DNA of 64,000 nt from positions 32,001 to 96,000 of the forward strand of contig QCDI01000005.1 in the NCBI GenBank assembly GCA_003280965.1, in the 5' to 3' direction. The position numbers and the translations under genes were made by a program. Shown here one piece after another: positions 51,885 through 63,218 of the stretch (position 1 is the stretch's first letter; each line of letters begins with the position of its first letter). A model generated the notes under the pieces. That model was not told the DNA's origin. It saw only the letters and a list, made by a program, of their open reading frames with translations, and ran no database searches. This stretch comes from Prochlorococcus sp. AG-355-B18. Its GTDB lineage: Bacteria > Cyanobacteriota > Cyanobacteriia > PCC-6307 > Cyanobiaceae.

Positions 51885-52640
51885 ATGTATTACCCTAATT
51901 TTCTTAAAAGACTTCTAAGCAGCTTAATCATTGGCGGGCAAGCAATTAATTTTATCTTTAGAGGTAAAATTTCCAAAAATGATCTCTTTGACCAACTTAT
52001 GGAGTCAGGTCCTGGAAGTTTGTTAATTGTATTAATTACAGGAATTGCTGCTGGCACAGTTTTTAATATTCAAGTTGCATCACAACTTACAAGTATGGGG
52101 GTTTCAAGTGAAATTGGAGGTTTATTAGCAGTAGGCATGGCGAGAGAAATGGCTCCTCTTCTAACTGCTACTTTAATGACTGGAAAGGTTGCCACTGCAT
52201 ATGCTGCTCAACTTGGTACTATGAAAGTTACAGAACAAATTGAAGCAATAACCATGTTAAGGACCCAACCAGTCCAATATTTGGTAGTCCCAAGATTACT
52301 TTCGATGGTAATAATGTCTCCAATACAATGTCTTTTGTTTTTATCTGTAGCTTTATGGAGTGGACAAATTTGGAGCACAATTTTTTATAAAGTTCCTCCA
52401 GTAGTTTTTTGGACATCTGTAAGATCAGGTAATGTGAGTTTAACCAGTACAGACTTAACTTCAATGTTAGTAAAATCTGTAGTCTTCGGATTACTTATTG
52501 CAATGATTGCTTGTGGATATGGACTCACCACACAAGGTGGTCCAAAAGAAGTTGGAACAAGTACAACAGGTGCAGTTGTAATGACTCTCGTTACTGTATC
52601 TTTAATGGATGTATTACTAACACAAATTTTATTTGGATAA
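51885..52640 (+). CDS. mlaE: MlaE/TGD1-family ABC lipid transporter permease
   Basis: REMAPLLTA, AQLGTMKVTEQIEA, YLVVPR and GGPKEVG.STT.AVV motifs. Confidence 0.92.
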   Translation: MYYPNFLKRLLSSLIIGGQAINFIFRGKISKNDLFDQLMESGPGSLLIVLITGIAAGTVFNIQVASQLTSMGVSSEIGGLLAVGMAREMAPLLTATLMTGKVATAYAAQLGTMKVTEQIEAITMLRTQPVQYLVVPRLLSMVIMSPIQCLLFLSVALWSGQIWSTIFYKVPPVVFWTSVRSGNVSLTSTDLTSMLVKSVVFGLLIAMIACGYGLTTQGGPKEVGTSTTGAVVMTLVTVSLMDVLLTQILFG

Positions 52641-53049
52641 TTCTATGTTCAACACTAAATCAAAAAAAGAAGACCCAGTCATAATATCACCATCATTTCA
52701 GTTACCAATAATTCTTATAGTTTTAAGTTTTATGCTTCTATTTTTAAATATTGGTTCTTTGCCAACAATTGTTTTTGCTTCTTTTAGCTTTTTTTTATTA
52801 CTTCAGTCATTTACCTTAAGAATAAAAATAACAAATGATGATTTTATCGTTTTACAATTAGGAAAAGAGATTAGAACCTTTCCATTTAAGAACTGGATAT
52901 CATGGAAATTCTTTTTCCCTATAATCCCAGGTATTTTTTATTTCAGAGAAACGTCTAGTCCTCATTTATTACCAATATTATTTAATCCCAAACAATTAAA
53001 AGATGAGCTCATAAAAAAAGTTGACTCCCTAGAAATTAAAAATTCCTAA
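52633..53049 (+). CDS. DUF3119-like membrane protein
   Basis: Two TM segments, then IRTFPFKNW..W..FF...IFYFRE..SPHLLPILF. Confidence 0.75.
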   Translation: MDNSMFNTKSKKEDPVIISPSFQLPIILIVLSFMLLFLNIGSLPTIVFASFSFFLLLQSFTLRIKITNDDFIVLQLGKEIRTFPFKNWISWKFFFPIIPGIFYFRETSSPHLLPILFNPKQLKDELIKKVDSLEIKNS

Positions 53050-53084
53050 AATTCAGTATTTGCTTAATCATCAAAATTATTTAA

Positions 53085-54095
53085 ATGGCCAATAAAGAAA
53101 TTTCTAACAATAATCCTGAGAAGGAATTAATAACAGACAAGTCAATTTCAGATGATAAAACCAAACAAATTAATAAAAAAAATACAACACAAAATAAAAA
53201 AATTTCAACAAAAAATTACAAAACAACAAAATCTTTTGATGAAATTTCTAATGAAATTTTTAGAGATCTCTTTTCAAAAAAAGACTCTTTAGTTAAAGAA
53301 ATAAAAGAGTTAGAAACTAAAAAAGAAGAATTAGAAAAAGATATTGATTTAAATTTTAAAGGACAGTCAGATAATATTGCTAAAAGAGTTAAAGGCTTTC
53401 AAGAGTATTTAACTGGAGCTTTACAGAATCTTTCACAAAACGTAGAGAAACTTGAATTAGTTTCTCAACCAATAATCGTAAAGCCATCTCCCCTTGATGA
53501 GAAAAAGCAAAACGATAGCACTAATAATGTGGTTAATGTACCTGCTCTTTCTGAAACATTTAAGCCAGATCAAGAGATTATAAAAAGTTTGTTTTCAAGT
53601 TTCAAAGAACAACCTGATTTTTATGCTGAACCTTGGAAATTAAGACGAAGTCTTGATTCATCAGATATAGAAATTATGGATGAATGGTTCTTTAATATGG
53701 GCGGCAGAGGTTCTCTTGAAAGTAGAGGATCTCGACAAAAAAATGCCTTGTTATCAGCGGGTTTAATATCTATTCTTGGCGAATTATATGGAGATCAGTT
53801 TCAGACTCTTATTTTAGCTTCCCAGCCTGAACGATTAGGGGAATGGAGAAGAATTCTACAAGATTCACTAGGTCTTACAAGGGATGACTTTGGACCTAAT
53901 AGTGGGATTGTTCTTTTTGAAAGGCCTGAAGGTGTCATCGAAAGAGCTGACAGATTAGAAGCCAATGAAGAATTACCATTTATTATCATTGATGCAGCTG
54001 AAACCACTGTTGAAATTCCAATACTTCAATTTCCATTATGGGTTGCATTTGCTGGTTCAGATAATGAAATTTACGATGATCTTGAACTAAACTAA
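53085..54095 (+). CDS. DUF3086-like protein
   Basis: Coiled-coil N-part; [27 protein letters not shown] and [13 protein letters not shown] motifs. Confidence 0.8.
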   Translation: MANKEISNNNPEKELITDKSISDDKTKQINKKNTTQNKKISTKNYKTTKSFDEISNEIFRDLFSKKDSLVKEIKELETKKEELEKDIDLNFKGQSDNIAKRVKGFQEYLTGALQNLSQNVEKLELVSQPIIVKPSPLDEKKQNDSTNNVVNVPALSETFKPDQEIIKSLFSSFKEQPDFYAEPWKLRRSLDSSDIEIMDEWFFNMGGRGSLESRGSRQKNALLSAGLISILGELYGDQFQTLILASQPERLGEWRRILQDSLGLTRDDFGPNSGIVLFERPEGVIERADRLEANEELPFIIIDAAETTVEIPILQFPLWVAFAGSDNEIYDDLELN

Positions 54096-54100
54096 GGTTT

Positions 54101-54694
54101 ATGAATATCTTAATAATTTTTACAAGTTATCTTTTAGGATCACTTCCGACAGGTTTTTTAATTGGAAAATATCTCAAAAATATAGATCTAAGAACTATGG
54201 GTTCTGGATCTACAGGTGCCACAAATGTCTTAAGAAATGTTGGGAAATGGCCAGCACTTTTTGTGTTTATCATTGACGTTGGGAAAGGCCTTATTGCAGT
54301 AAAAATTGCTCAACATTATACAGATCAAGGATTAATAGAGGTAATAGCAGGGATATCCGCTATCTCAGGACATATTTGGCCAATATGGCTTAGAGGTAAA
54401 GGAGGGAAAGCTGTTGCTACTGGATTAGGTATGTTTTTAGCTCTTTCTTGGAAAGTTGGACTCGCATCTCTTGGCATTTTTTTAATAGTTCTAACAAAAA
54501 CTAAATTTGTTTCTTTATCCAGTATTTCAGCTGCAATCTTACTTCCTATTTTTATGTTTTTTTATCTAGGTAAATTTATGCACTCATACTTTTTTATAAG
54601 TTTAATTGTTGCATTATTAGTAATCTGGAAACATAGAACAAACATAACGAGATTGCTTAAGGGAGAAGAATCCAAAATTAATCAGAATCAATAG
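54101..54694 (+). CDS. plsY: Glycerol-3-phosphate acyltransferase PlsY
   Basis: [23 protein letters not shown]...GGKAVAT and HRTNI.RL motifs. Confidence 0.96.
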   Translation: MNILIIFTSYLLGSLPTGFLIGKYLKNIDLRTMGSGSTGATNVLRNVGKWPALFVFIIDVGKGLIAVKIAQHYTDQGLIEVIAGISAISGHIWPIWLRGKGGKAVATGLGMFLALSWKVGLASLGIFLIVLTKTKFVSLSSISAAILLPIFMFFYLGKFMHSYFFISLIVALLVIWKHRTNITRLLKGEESKINQNQ

Positions 54695-55409
54695 ATTTAA
54701 ATATTTCTATTAGAGCTTTATTAGGATCTATAGCTTTTGAAATTGATCTGCCAATAACTAACTTAGAAGCGCCACTATCTATAGCTTCATAGGGAGTCAT
54801 AATTCTATTTTGATCATCTTTATTGTCAACATTTAATCTGATACCTGGTGTAATAAGTTCAAAATTATGCTTATAAATAGATCTCAACATTTTTACCTCC
54901 CAAGGGGAACAAACACATCCATCTAATCCGGCATCAAAAGATAACTTTGCAAGTCTCAATACATTTTCTTCAATTGAATTATTTCTATCAAGATCAGTCT
55001 GAAAATCTATAAGAGAAAAGCTTGTTAAAACAGTTATTCCTATAACCAATGGAGGTTTTACACTGACTGAGGTGGCTCCTTCTAAAGATGCTTTTTTCGA
55101 ATCCTTAAGAGCTTTTAAACCTGCTGAAGCATGAATAGAAATTATATCAACCCCTAATTTTGAAACTTGGAAACATGCTGCTCGCATGGTATTTGGAATA
55201 TCATGAAATTTTAAGTCTAAAAAAATTTTTTTATTTAAACCTTGTAATATTTCAATAACCCTCGGACCTTCCCTAACAAAAAGTTCTAAACCAACTTTCA
55301 CCCACTTAATATTAGGACATTTTTCCAAAAGTAATTTTGCTTGACTTACATCTAATCCATCAATTGCCAATATTATTTTATCCTCCGAATTAAATCTGTT
55401 ATTCATCAA
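54678..55409 (-). CDS. pyrF: Orotidine-5'-phosphate decarboxylase
   Basis: [23 protein letters not shown] and VIGR motifs. Confidence 0.97.
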   Translation of the reverse strand: MMNNRFNSEDKIILAIDGLDVSQAKLLLEKCPNIKWVKVGLELFVREGPRVIEILQGLNKKIFLDLKFHDIPNTMRAACFQVSKLGVDIISIHASAGLKALKDSKKASLEGATSVSVKPPLVIGITVLTSFSLIDFQTDLDRNNSIEENVLRLAKLSFDAGLDGCVCSPWEVKMLRSIYKHNFELITPGIRLNVDNKDDQNRIMTPYEAIDSGASKLVIGRSISKAIDPNKALIEIFKSIDSD

Positions 55410-55412
55410 TTT

Positions 55413-56651
55413 TCAGTTTTCAAACCTCTTAATTATTTTTTTTCCAATTTGCAAAATTTTTCCTTCCAAATCATTCTTTGAATTAAAAACTAAATCAGGA
55501 TTTATTACTTTCTGACTATCAATTTTTACACCCCCACCTTTAATAGATCTTTTGGATTCGCTGCTAGATTTGAAAAGTTTTAGAGCACTTAATAAGTAGA
55601 AAAACTTTACAGGAAAAACTACTTCTTTTAAAGAAATCTCTGGAATTTCTCCAACTTTTTCTTTTTGTCCAAGGAATAATTTTTCGCAGTTTGATTGCGC
55701 CTTTAATGCTTCTTGGGCCCCATGGAATAAAGTAGTAACTTCTAAAGCCATTCTTCTCTGTAATTCACGAGGATTTGAGTTTTCCAGAAAATTTAAATCT
55801 AATTCAGTAAGTAATTCAAAATAGGTGGGTACTATATTATCGGGTACTTTTTCTAATTTTGAATACATTGAAAGAGGATCTTCAGTTAAACCGACGGTGT
55901 TAAATTCAGATTTACTCATCTTCTTAATTCCGTCTAAACCTGTCAAAATTGGCAGCAGAACACCAAATTGAGGTTCTTGTTTAAAATGCCTTTGAAGGTC
56001 TCTTCCTATTGCAATATTAAATTTCTGATCTGTGCCTCCAAGCTCAATATCTGATTGAACAATTACCGAATCGTAACCTTGTAATAGTGGATATAAGAAT
56101 TCATGCAAAGCAATTGGGACTTGCGAAGTGTACCTTTTATTAAATTCCTCCTTAGCTAGCATTTGACTAACTGTTGCACTCCCCATTAATTCAATTATCG
56201 AATTAAGATTTAATCCTTTTAACCATTCACTGTTATATCTAATTTCTATCCTATCTTTTGAATCAAAATCTAAAATAGATTCATTGGCTGGCTTTCCCAT
56301 CCCTAGTTGGGTTAAATATGTTTTTGCATTATCCTTAACTTGTTTTTCCGATAACTGAACTCTTGTTTTGTTTTTTCCCGTTGGATCTCCAATTTGAGCA
56401 GTAAAATCCCCAATAATTAAAACTGCAACATGTCCATTATCTTGGAATGCCCTAAGTTTTTTAAACAATATGCTATGCCCAAGATGAATATCGGTTCCAG
56501 TTGGATCGATGCCGAGTTTAACCCTTAATTTTTTATTATTTTTTTTCGCATGATCAATTATCTCCGAAAAGGTTTGATCTGTTCCCTTAATTGGAAAATA
56601 TTCTTCTATTCCTCTTGACAGCCATGATGGCAATTTTAAATTATCTGTCAT
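55413..56651 (-). CDS. tyrS: Tyrosine--tRNA ligase
   Basis: [25 protein letters not shown] and KMSKS motifs; C-terminal S4-like domain. Confidence 0.97.
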   Translation of the reverse strand: MTDNLKLPSWLSRGIEEYFPIKGTDQTFSEIIDHAKKNNKKLRVKLGIDPTGTDIHLGHSILFKKLRAFQDNGHVAVLIIGDFTAQIGDPTGKNKTRVQLSEKQVKDNAKTYLTQLGMGKPANESILDFDSKDRIEIRYNSEWLKGLNLNSIIELMGSATVSQMLAKEEFNKRYTSQVPIALHEFLYPLLQGYDSVIVQSDIELGGTDQKFNIAIGRDLQRHFKQEPQFGVLLPILTGLDGIKKMSKSEFNTVGLTEDPLSMYSKLEKVPDNIVPTYFELLTELDLNFLENSNPRELQRRMALEVTTLFHGAQEALKAQSNCEKLFLGQKEKVGEIPEISLKEVVFPVKFFYLLSALKLFKSSSESKRSIKGGGVKIDSQKVINPDLVFNSKNDLEGKILQIGKKIIKRFEN

Positions 56652-56670
56652 ATGGCTTTAACCGTTAATT

Positions 56671-56994
56671 TTAAGAAGTTTTATCAAGTTCATCCTTCAT
56701 TCTTAATAAAGTTTTATTCATTTGATCAAACATTTGATCAGGAGTAATCCCAAATTGACTTAACTGTGTCTTTAATTGTTCTACTGTCATTTTTGCTTGA
56801 AAATCTTCAGACAATTCAAATCTCTTCATAAAAACCTTATAACGATCCATAAGTGATTCCATTTTTTTTATAAACATTTTTTTCCCTTCTCTATCAAATT
56901 TTCCATAATCAGAGCCAAGTTTCATAAGTTCTTGGTAATCTGTAAAAAGCTTTTTAGCTTCTTCTTGAACGATGTCTGACTCAAAGAATCCCAT
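56671..56994 (-). CDS. DUF1825-like cyanobacterial protein (start re-called to ATG 56994)
   Basis: MGFFESDIVQEEAKKLF.DYQ...YGKFDREGK...FMKRFELSEDF. Confidence 0.8.
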   Translation of the reverse strand: MGFFESDIVQEEAKKLFTDYQELMKLGSDYGKFDREGKKMFIKKMESLMDRYKVFMKRFELSEDFQAKMTVEQLKTQLSQFGITPDQMFDQMNKTLLRMKDELDKTS

Positions 56995-57144
56995 TTCTAT
57001 TTTTTTACTTCGCAGATTAAGCCTCAATTACAAGATAACAAGAATCTTTTAAATTGATTAGAAGATTAATAAATTTTAGTTTATAAATAATTCTTTGATT
57101 TATATTTTTTCAGAACTAAATTTAGTAGACATGTTTCATAAATA

Positions 57145-57756
57145 TTGGAAAAATTTAACGTAAATAATATTTCAAACCAAAATAGACAATTTGAATTATT
57201 TGGTTCAAATGTAAATACATCAATTAAATTTCAACACTCAAATAATCTAAAAATCAAAGGCGAAATCCTAACTGAATGGAGAGATAGAATATATAATCAC
57301 CAATTCAAAATTTCAAAAGATACTCACAACAAAACTTTGCACCAAACAAGTCTTCCTATAAATGCAGTTTCCAATGAAAGAAAAATTGATCCGTTTTCCT
57401 TGCAGCCATTATCATTGAACTTTTGGAGAACCAATCAATATATACACAATGGGCCAGCAATGTATTTTGTAATTGACTCGATGAAGAGTTCAAAAATAAT
57501 CCTTTATATAGGAGAAACAAATTCAGCAAATAAAAGATGGAAGGGAGAACATGATTGTAAAAATTACCTCATGAACTATAAAGAAGCCCTAGCTCATAAC
57601 AAACTCTCAAGTCACCAAGATATTCGTTTCTTCTTAGATGTACCTAAAGAAGTAAAATTAAGACGTAAATTAGAACAGCAACTGATATATTTATGGTTAC
57701 CACCTTTTAATAAAGAAACTCGAGATAGGTGGGCAACTACTTTCACAAACAACTAA
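57145..57756 (+). CDS. Stand-alone GIY-YIG nuclease-family protein
   Basis: AMYFV...ILYIGET....RW motif; later LEQQLI...PPFN (conserved Glu/Asn). Confidence 0.8.
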   Translation: MEKFNVNNISNQNRQFELFGSNVNTSIKFQHSNNLKIKGEILTEWRDRIYNHQFKISKDTHNKTLHQTSLPINAVSNERKIDPFSLQPLSLNFWRTNQYIHNGPAMYFVIDSMKSSKIILYIGETNSANKRWKGEHDCKNYLMNYKEALAHNKLSSHQDIRFFLDVPKEVKLRRKLEQQLIYLWLPPFNKETRDRWATTFTNN

Positions 57757-57780
57757 AAGTTAATTAAATCCATTTAACAA

Positions 57781-59253
57781 ATGCAATTTTCCACATTCCA
57801 AAAAAATCTAGATAACTGGCAAGGTGCTTCATTAATTTTTGGAGTTTTAGAGGAAGAAATTTCAAGCCAACTTGAAAACATAAAATTTGTTATTGACCCA
57901 AAATTATTACTAAAAAAAGTTACTCAAAAAAAATTTAAAGGAGAAAAAGGAAAAACTTTAAGCTTTGAATTTTTAGATCAAAAATTAGAAACTTTAATCA
58001 TAGTTGGTCTTGGCAAATCGAAGGACCTAAATAAAAGTGATATAGAAAACTCTATAGGAAATCTAGTTAGGAAAACAGTTGATAAAAATGAAAAAATCAG
58101 CATCTTACTACCTTGGGAATTTATAAATTCACAACTAGAAATAAATCAATTAGCAGAGTCAGCCAGATTATCTGCCTATAAGGACAATAGATTTAATAAG
58201 AAAAGAGATGAAAAGAAAGTTCTTAAAGAAATAGAGTTTTTAAATTTAAATGAATTTGAGAATATTAGCTTTGAAGAGACATCACAAATATGTGAAGGTG
58301 TAGAACTAGCTAGAAGACTTGTAGCCGCCCCTCCAAATAGTCTTACTCCTCAGGAAATGTCTATACAAGCTTCTCAAATAGCTAAAGATCATGGTTTGGA
58401 AGTAAAAATTTTAGAGGCAAAAGATTGTGAAGATTTAGGAATGGGTGCATATTTAGCTGTAGCAAAAGGTTCTGATCTAGATCCTAAATTTATACATCTT
58501 ACTTTAAAGTCAGAGGGGCCTATTAAAGAAAAGATTGCGCTTGTTGGGAAGGGTTTAACCTTTGACTCTGGAGGATACAATCTGAAAGTAGGAGCATCTC
58601 AAATTGAAATGATGAAATATGATATGGGCGGAAGCGCTGCAGTTTTAGGAGCAGCAAAAGCACTTGGAGCAATAAAACCAAAGGGATTAGAAATTCATTT
58701 TATTGTGGCATCTTGCGAAAACATGATAAATGGATCTGCAGTACATCCTGGAGATGTAGTTAAGGCATCTAATGGTAAGACAATTGAAATAAATAACACT
58801 GATGCAGAGGGCAGACTAACATTAGCTGATGCTTTAACTTACGCATCCAATTTAAACCCAGATTCAATAATAGATCTGGCCACTTTAACAGGGGCTATTG
58901 TTGTTGCATTAGGGAATGATGTAGCTGGATTCTGGAGCAATAATGATGATCTAGCAAATGACCTAAAAGCTGCATCAGCCCAGGCTGGAGAAGAATTATG
59001 GCAAATGCCTTTACAAAAATCTTATAAAGAAGGGTTAAAGTCTCATATAGCTGACATGAAAAATACAGGTCCTAGAGCGGGTGGGTCAATAACTGCTGCT
59101 CTATTTTTAGAGGAATTCTTTGATTCAGAGATAAAATGGGCTCATATTGATATTGCTGGGACTTGTTGGACTGATAAGAATAAAGGAATTAATCCATCAG
59201 GTGCAACCGGTTTTGGAGTTAAAACTCTTGTTCAATGGATTAAAAATAAATAA
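57781..59253 (+). CDS. pepA: Leucyl aminopeptidase (M17)
   Basis: [26 protein letters not shown] and HIDIAG motifs. Confidence 0.97.
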   Translation: MQFSTFQKNLDNWQGASLIFGVLEEEISSQLENIKFVIDPKLLLKKVTQKKFKGEKGKTLSFEFLDQKLETLIIVGLGKSKDLNKSDIENSIGNLVRKTVDKNEKISILLPWEFINSQLEINQLAESARLSAYKDNRFNKKRDEKKVLKEIEFLNLNEFENISFEETSQICEGVELARRLVAAPPNSLTPQEMSIQASQIAKDHGLEVKILEAKDCEDLGMGAYLAVAKGSDLDPKFIHLTLKSEGPIKEKIALVGKGLTFDSGGYNLKVGASQIEMMKYDMGGSAAVLGAAKALGAIKPKGLEIHFIVASCENMINGSAVHPGDVVKASNGKTIEINNTDAEGRLTLADALTYASNLNPDSIIDLATLTGAIVVALGNDVAGFWSNNDDLANDLKAASAQAGEELWQMPLQKSYKEGLKSHIADMKNTGPRAGGSITAALFLEEFFDSEIKWAHIDIAGTCWTDKNKGINPSGATGFGVKTLVQWIKNK

Positions 59254-59264
59254 CTATATTTACA

Positions 59265-59867
59265 TCATTCATTCCAAAGATTTGTTGATCTAGCATTATC
59301 ACCCCATAATTTATCCAACCTCTGATCTCTCCCGCATGAGAATCTATAAAACTTATATTTTAATTCATTTCTCTCAGCAAAATCCTGATGATATTCTTCA
59401 GCCAACCAAAATTGACCTTTTGATTTTAGTTCTACAGATATTTTTTCTAATGGCACTCGCAATTCATTAGAGGCGGAAACAATTGCATTAATTGCATCAC
59501 TTTCCTCAGTTTTATCTTTAAAAAATATCACTGGCCTATAAGAATCTCCACGATCACAAAATTGACCCTTGCCGTCTAAAGGATCAATATTTCTGAAATA
59601 AAGCCTAAGTATCTCGGGTAAAGTTACCAATTTGGAATCATAGTTTACCAAAACCACTTCCTGATGTCCTTCATGATTTTCGTAAGTAGGATTTTGCAAA
59701 TCTCCACCTGAATAGCCACTTTCTACAAAATTTATCCCCTTTAATGACTCTAAATCATGTTCTAAACACCAAAAACAACCTCCTGCAAGAATCAATTCCT
59801 CTGCAAAAGCGTTTACAGGGTTAACAAATATTGAAAGAGCAACTATTAGAGATAAGAGGTATTTCAT
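59265..59867 (-). CDS. msrA: Peptide methionine sulfoxide reductase MsrA with signal peptide
   Basis: AGGCFWC, GYSGG, GQFCDRG.SY and AEEYHQ motifs; N-terminal AFA cleavage site. Confidence 0.93.
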   Translation of the reverse strand: MKYLLSLIVALSIFVNPVNAFAEELILAGGCFWCLEHDLESLKGINFVESGYSGGDLQNPTYENHEGHQEVVLVNYDSKLVTLPEILRLYFRNIDPLDGKGQFCDRGDSYRPVIFFKDKTEESDAINAIVSASNELRVPLEKISVELKSKGQFWLAEEYHQDFAERNELKYKFYRFSCGRDQRLDKLWGDNARSTNLWNE

Positions 59868-59883
59868 TTATTTATTATAAAGT

Positions 59884-61062
59884 TCAAATAATAGAATTAA
59901 TAATCTCTTTAGCAGCTCTCTGGACTACGCCCTCTTCTCCTAATTCTTTTTTTAAAATAGCATAACCTTTTTTAATTTTTATTTTTTCTGACTTTACATC
60001 AAGAATCCTACAAGATTTATAAAAAATTTTCTTTTCGTCAAACTCTCTTTGCACAAACTCAGGGATTATTAATTTATTAACTAACAAATTTACAGGAGAA
60101 ATAAATCTTACTTTGAAATTAAGAATTTTTTTAGCAATAAAAGCAGTTACCCTACTTACTCTATAACCAACAATCTGTGGGATTCCATATAAAGCTAATT
60201 CCATATTAACTGTCCCAGATTTGCAAAAAGCAATTTTAGTAAGCGAATAAATATAAGGCTTTAATTTTGCACAATCTTTTTGAGAAATCACAAATCCTTT
60301 AACTTGATATTTTCTCAAGGCTTTTTTGAATATTTCATCAAAAGCAATCCGACAGGAGGGGATATAGACTACTAAACTTGGATATTTTTGTTGTAATTTT
60401 TTAGCCGCTTTCATAAAAGTAGGTAATACATATCGTAATTCTTGAGGTCTTGATGCTGGCATCAAAAGCAGGATATTTTGATTAGGCCAAAGGTTAAGAA
60501 TAGTTCTGGCATCCTTCTTTAAAGGAAGTTTTTTTGTCAAATCAATCATTGGATGTCCCACCCACAAAACATTTCCGCCCCTCTTTTTATAAAATGCTGC
60601 TTCTTTCTTGAAAATCGCAAAAATTTTATCAGAAAATTTTATTAGATTAGTTGTAGTGTTATTGCCAACCCTCCAAGCCCACTCTTGAGGAGCAATATAG
60701 TAAAAAATTGGAATTTTAGTTTTCGATCTTTTTAATTTTGTTCCAATTTTTACATTGGGGCCCATATAGTCAATAAGAATTAAGCAATCTGGAGGATATT
60801 TTTTTAGTAGTTTATAAAATCTTTTTTGAATTCTTATTGTTGGAAGAATAAGAGGTAAAGCCTCCCAAATTCCTATTGCACTAATTGATGTAGTATCTTG
60901 AAGAATTTTTACACCTTCTTTCCTCATCCTTTCCCCACCTAATCCGCAAATTTCTAAATCTATCGATTTTTTTTTAGATTCCTCTAATAATGCTTTTGAT
61001 AACAAACTTCCGTGCAAATCTCCAGAGACTTCTCCGGTACTTATAAATATCTTTTTATTCAT
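59884..61062 (-). CDS. lpxB: Lipid-A-disaccharide synthase
   Basis: GEVSGDLHG, PQEWAWR, VGHP, PASR and SGTVNMELA motifs. Confidence 0.96.
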   Translation of the reverse strand: MNKKIFISTGEVSGDLHGSLLSKALLEESKKKSIDLEICGLGGERMRKEGVKILQDTTSISAIGIWEALPLILPTIRIQKRFYKLLKKYPPDCLILIDYMGPNVKIGTKLKRSKTKIPIFYYIAPQEWAWRVGNNTTTNLIKFSDKIFAIFKKEAAFYKKRGGNVLWVGHPMIDLTKKLPLKKDARTILNLWPNQNILLLMPASRPQELRYVLPTFMKAAKKLQQKYPSLVVYIPSCRIAFDEIFKKALRKYQVKGFVISQKDCAKLKPYIYSLTKIAFCKSGTVNMELALYGIPQIVGYRVSRVTAFIAKKILNFKVRFISPVNLLVNKLIIPEFVQREFDEKKIFYKSCRILDVKSEKIKIKKGYAILKKELGEEGVVQRAAKEIINSII

Positions 61063-61913
61063 AAATTCACTATAGGCATTGGTCCTCGTCTTTCTTTAGA
61101 TATTGACTCTTTTAAGAAATTACATAATTTTGAAGATGAAATATCTAATTCTCCTTTCATTACTTTTTCTAATGAATTTAAAATCGCATCATTAGATTTA
61201 AAAAGGGAATTCCAAGTAGTTTGCAAAAGTTTTAAATCAAAATCTTTATTTTCCATTAAACCACTTCTCTTAATTCCAATCCTATTTAAACCTCTCAATC
61301 TTCCTGGATGCCCTTCGGCCAAGCAGAAAGGAGGTACATCTCTATCTACTCTGGTCATCCCTCCAATCATTGCTAAATATCCAATATGTACAAACTGATG
61401 AATACCTAAACAACCGCCAATAATAGCTCTATCTTCAATCTTTACATGGCCGGCAACTTGAACACTATTTGATAAAACTATCCTATTGCCAAGTTCACAA
61501 TTATGGCCGATATGAGTATAAGCCATCAACAAATTATTATTTCCAATAATTGTTTTTTCGCCCTCATTAGTTGCCTTATTAATAGTTACGCATTCTCTAA
61601 AAGTGTTATTATCCCCAATAATTACTTCAGTAGAGGCTCCTTTATATTTAAGGTCCTGGGGATCGAGACCTATAAAAACACTTGGGAAAACTTTATTGTT
61701 AACACCAATTTGAGTTCTTCCTGAAATAACAGCGTTCGGGCCTATTTCGGTTCCTTTCCCGATAGTCACATCAGGGCCGACAATAGCTCCTTGAGAGACA
61801 ATAACCCCATCATGTAATTCGGCACTTGGATCAACGAAAGCATTTGGGTGAACTTTTACGCCACTAAATCTTGAGTTAAATTCATTATTTTTTTGATCCA
61901 TATCCCTAATCAA
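61059..61913 (-). CDS. lpxA: UDP-N-acetylglucosamine acyltransferase (start may be ATG 61901)
   Basis: Hexapeptide repeats; PQDLKY, RECVTI, HIGHNC and HQF motifs. Confidence 0.96.
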   Translation of the reverse strand: MIRDMDQKNNEFNSRFSGVKVHPNAFVDPSAELHDGVIVSQGAIVGPDVTIGKGTEIGPNAVISGRTQIGVNNKVFPSVFIGLDPQDLKYKGASTEVIIGDNNTFRECVTINKATNEGEKTIIGNNNLLMAYTHIGHNCELGNRIVLSNSVQVAGHVKIEDRAIIGGCLGIHQFVHIGYLAMIGGMTRVDRDVPPFCLAEGHPGRLRGLNRIGIKRSGLMENKDFDLKLLQTTWNSLFKSNDAILNSLEKVMKGELDISSSKLCNFLKESISKERRGPMPIVNL

Positions 61914-62364
61914 CTAATGAAAACATTAATTCTCCAGCACAAACCAACTTCCCATCAACGTGCGCCTCTCCTTTAACCTTTCCAAATCTTTGTCTTTTAA
62001 TAGACAATAACTCACAAGAAATTATCAATTGATCTCCTGGCACAACTGGTTTTCTGAATTTAACATTATTGATTCCAGCAAAGACGAAAAGTCCTTTAGG
62101 AAGATCAGGCATTTGCGTTACAATTATTCCACCTACTTGAGCCATTGATTCAACAATAAGAACCCCGGGCATTAAGGGTCTCTCAGGAAAATGTCCCTGA
62201 AATTGAGGCTCATTTATAGTTACATTTTTTACTGCAACAGCTCTCTCCCCAGGAATATTCTCTATAACTTTGTCCACAAGAGCAAAAGGATATCTATGAG
62301 GTAATAAACCTAGAATGTTCTCAGAGGAAAGTTGATTATTTTCACTGGATAATTTCTTTTCCAA
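61906..62364 (-). CDS. fabZ: 3-hydroxyacyl-ACP dehydratase
   Basis: [11 protein letters not shown] and [19 protein letters not shown] motifs. Confidence 0.97.
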   Translation of the reverse strand: MEKKLSSENNQLSSENILGLLPHRYPFALVDKVIENIPGERAVAVKNVTINEPQFQGHFPERPLMPGVLIVESMAQVGGIIVTQMPDLPKGLFVFAGINNVKFRKPVVPGDQLIISCELLSIKRQRFGKVKGEAHVDGKLVCAGELMFSLVD

Positions 62365-62381
62365 AACAATTAAAGATAAAG

Positions 62382-63218
62382 TTAATTTTTTAGCGATGAG
62401 GCCAATAAAGCATTTAAAGAATGCGATCCTTTATAAACTAAAATTTGAGCCTTAGGTAACCCTACCAAAGCCAAGTCCCCAATTAGGTCTAAAATTTTAT
62501 GTCTTATTGGTTCATTATCAAATCTTAATGGTGGATTAACCCATTCATCACCATCACAAACAAGAGCATTTTCCAAACTTCCCCCTTTGATTAATCCAAG
62601 TTCACTTAATTCTTGAAATTGATCCTTAAATCCAAATGTCCTTGCTGGAGCAATCATTTCAACGAAACTTTTTGGATTTAAATCAACTACAAAAGTTTGA
62701 TTCCCAATTGCTTTATAGGAAAAACTAATAGTAGAAATAATTGTAGTTTTTTCGGACGGGGTAGCTGCTATTACTGAGCCTTCTTTGTTTAAAATAATTG
62801 ATTTATTAATCTCTCGAAAAAAATTATCAGGTTTGGGGGCTTTTTTTATACCTACTTCTTCAAAATCTCTAACCCACTGAATTGCCGATCCATCTAAAAG
62901 CGGTATCTCTTTACCATCAACCTCAATATGTATATAACTTAACCCGCACCCAGCCATTGAAGATAATAAATGTTCAATAGTATATAAATTTCTCCCCCCT
63001 ATTTTAACCGCGGTACAAAGCATCGTACTTCCAATTAAATCTTGGGTTAGCTTAAAAATCTCGTTTGGTTTATCCTTGAAAGAAACATGATAGCCTTCTT
63101 TCTCATAAGAAGAAATTTTAACTCTTGTTTTTTCTCCACTATGAAGGCCAATACCTTCTCTGGAGATAACTCCACCTAAGGTATAGCAACAATCATAATT
63201 AGTAGGCCAAGAAAACAC
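62382..63218 (-). CDS. lpxC: UDP-3-O-acyl-N-acetylglucosamine deacetylase
   Basis: [22 protein letters not shown] and [11 protein letters not shown] motifs. Confidence 0.96.
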   Translation of the reverse strand: MFSWPTNYDCCYTLGGVISREGIGLHSGEKTRVKISSYEKEGYHVSFKDKPNEIFKLTQDLIGSTMLCTAVKIGGRNLYTIEHLLSSMAGCGLSYIHIEVDGKEIPLLDGSAIQWVRDFEEVGIKKAPKPDNFFREINKSIILNKEGSVIAATPSEKTTIISTISFSYKAIGNQTFVVDLNPKSFVEMIAPARTFGFKDQFQELSELGLIKGGSLENALVCDGDEWVNPPLRFDNEPIRHKILDLIGDLALVGLPKAQILVYKGSHSLNALLASSLKN

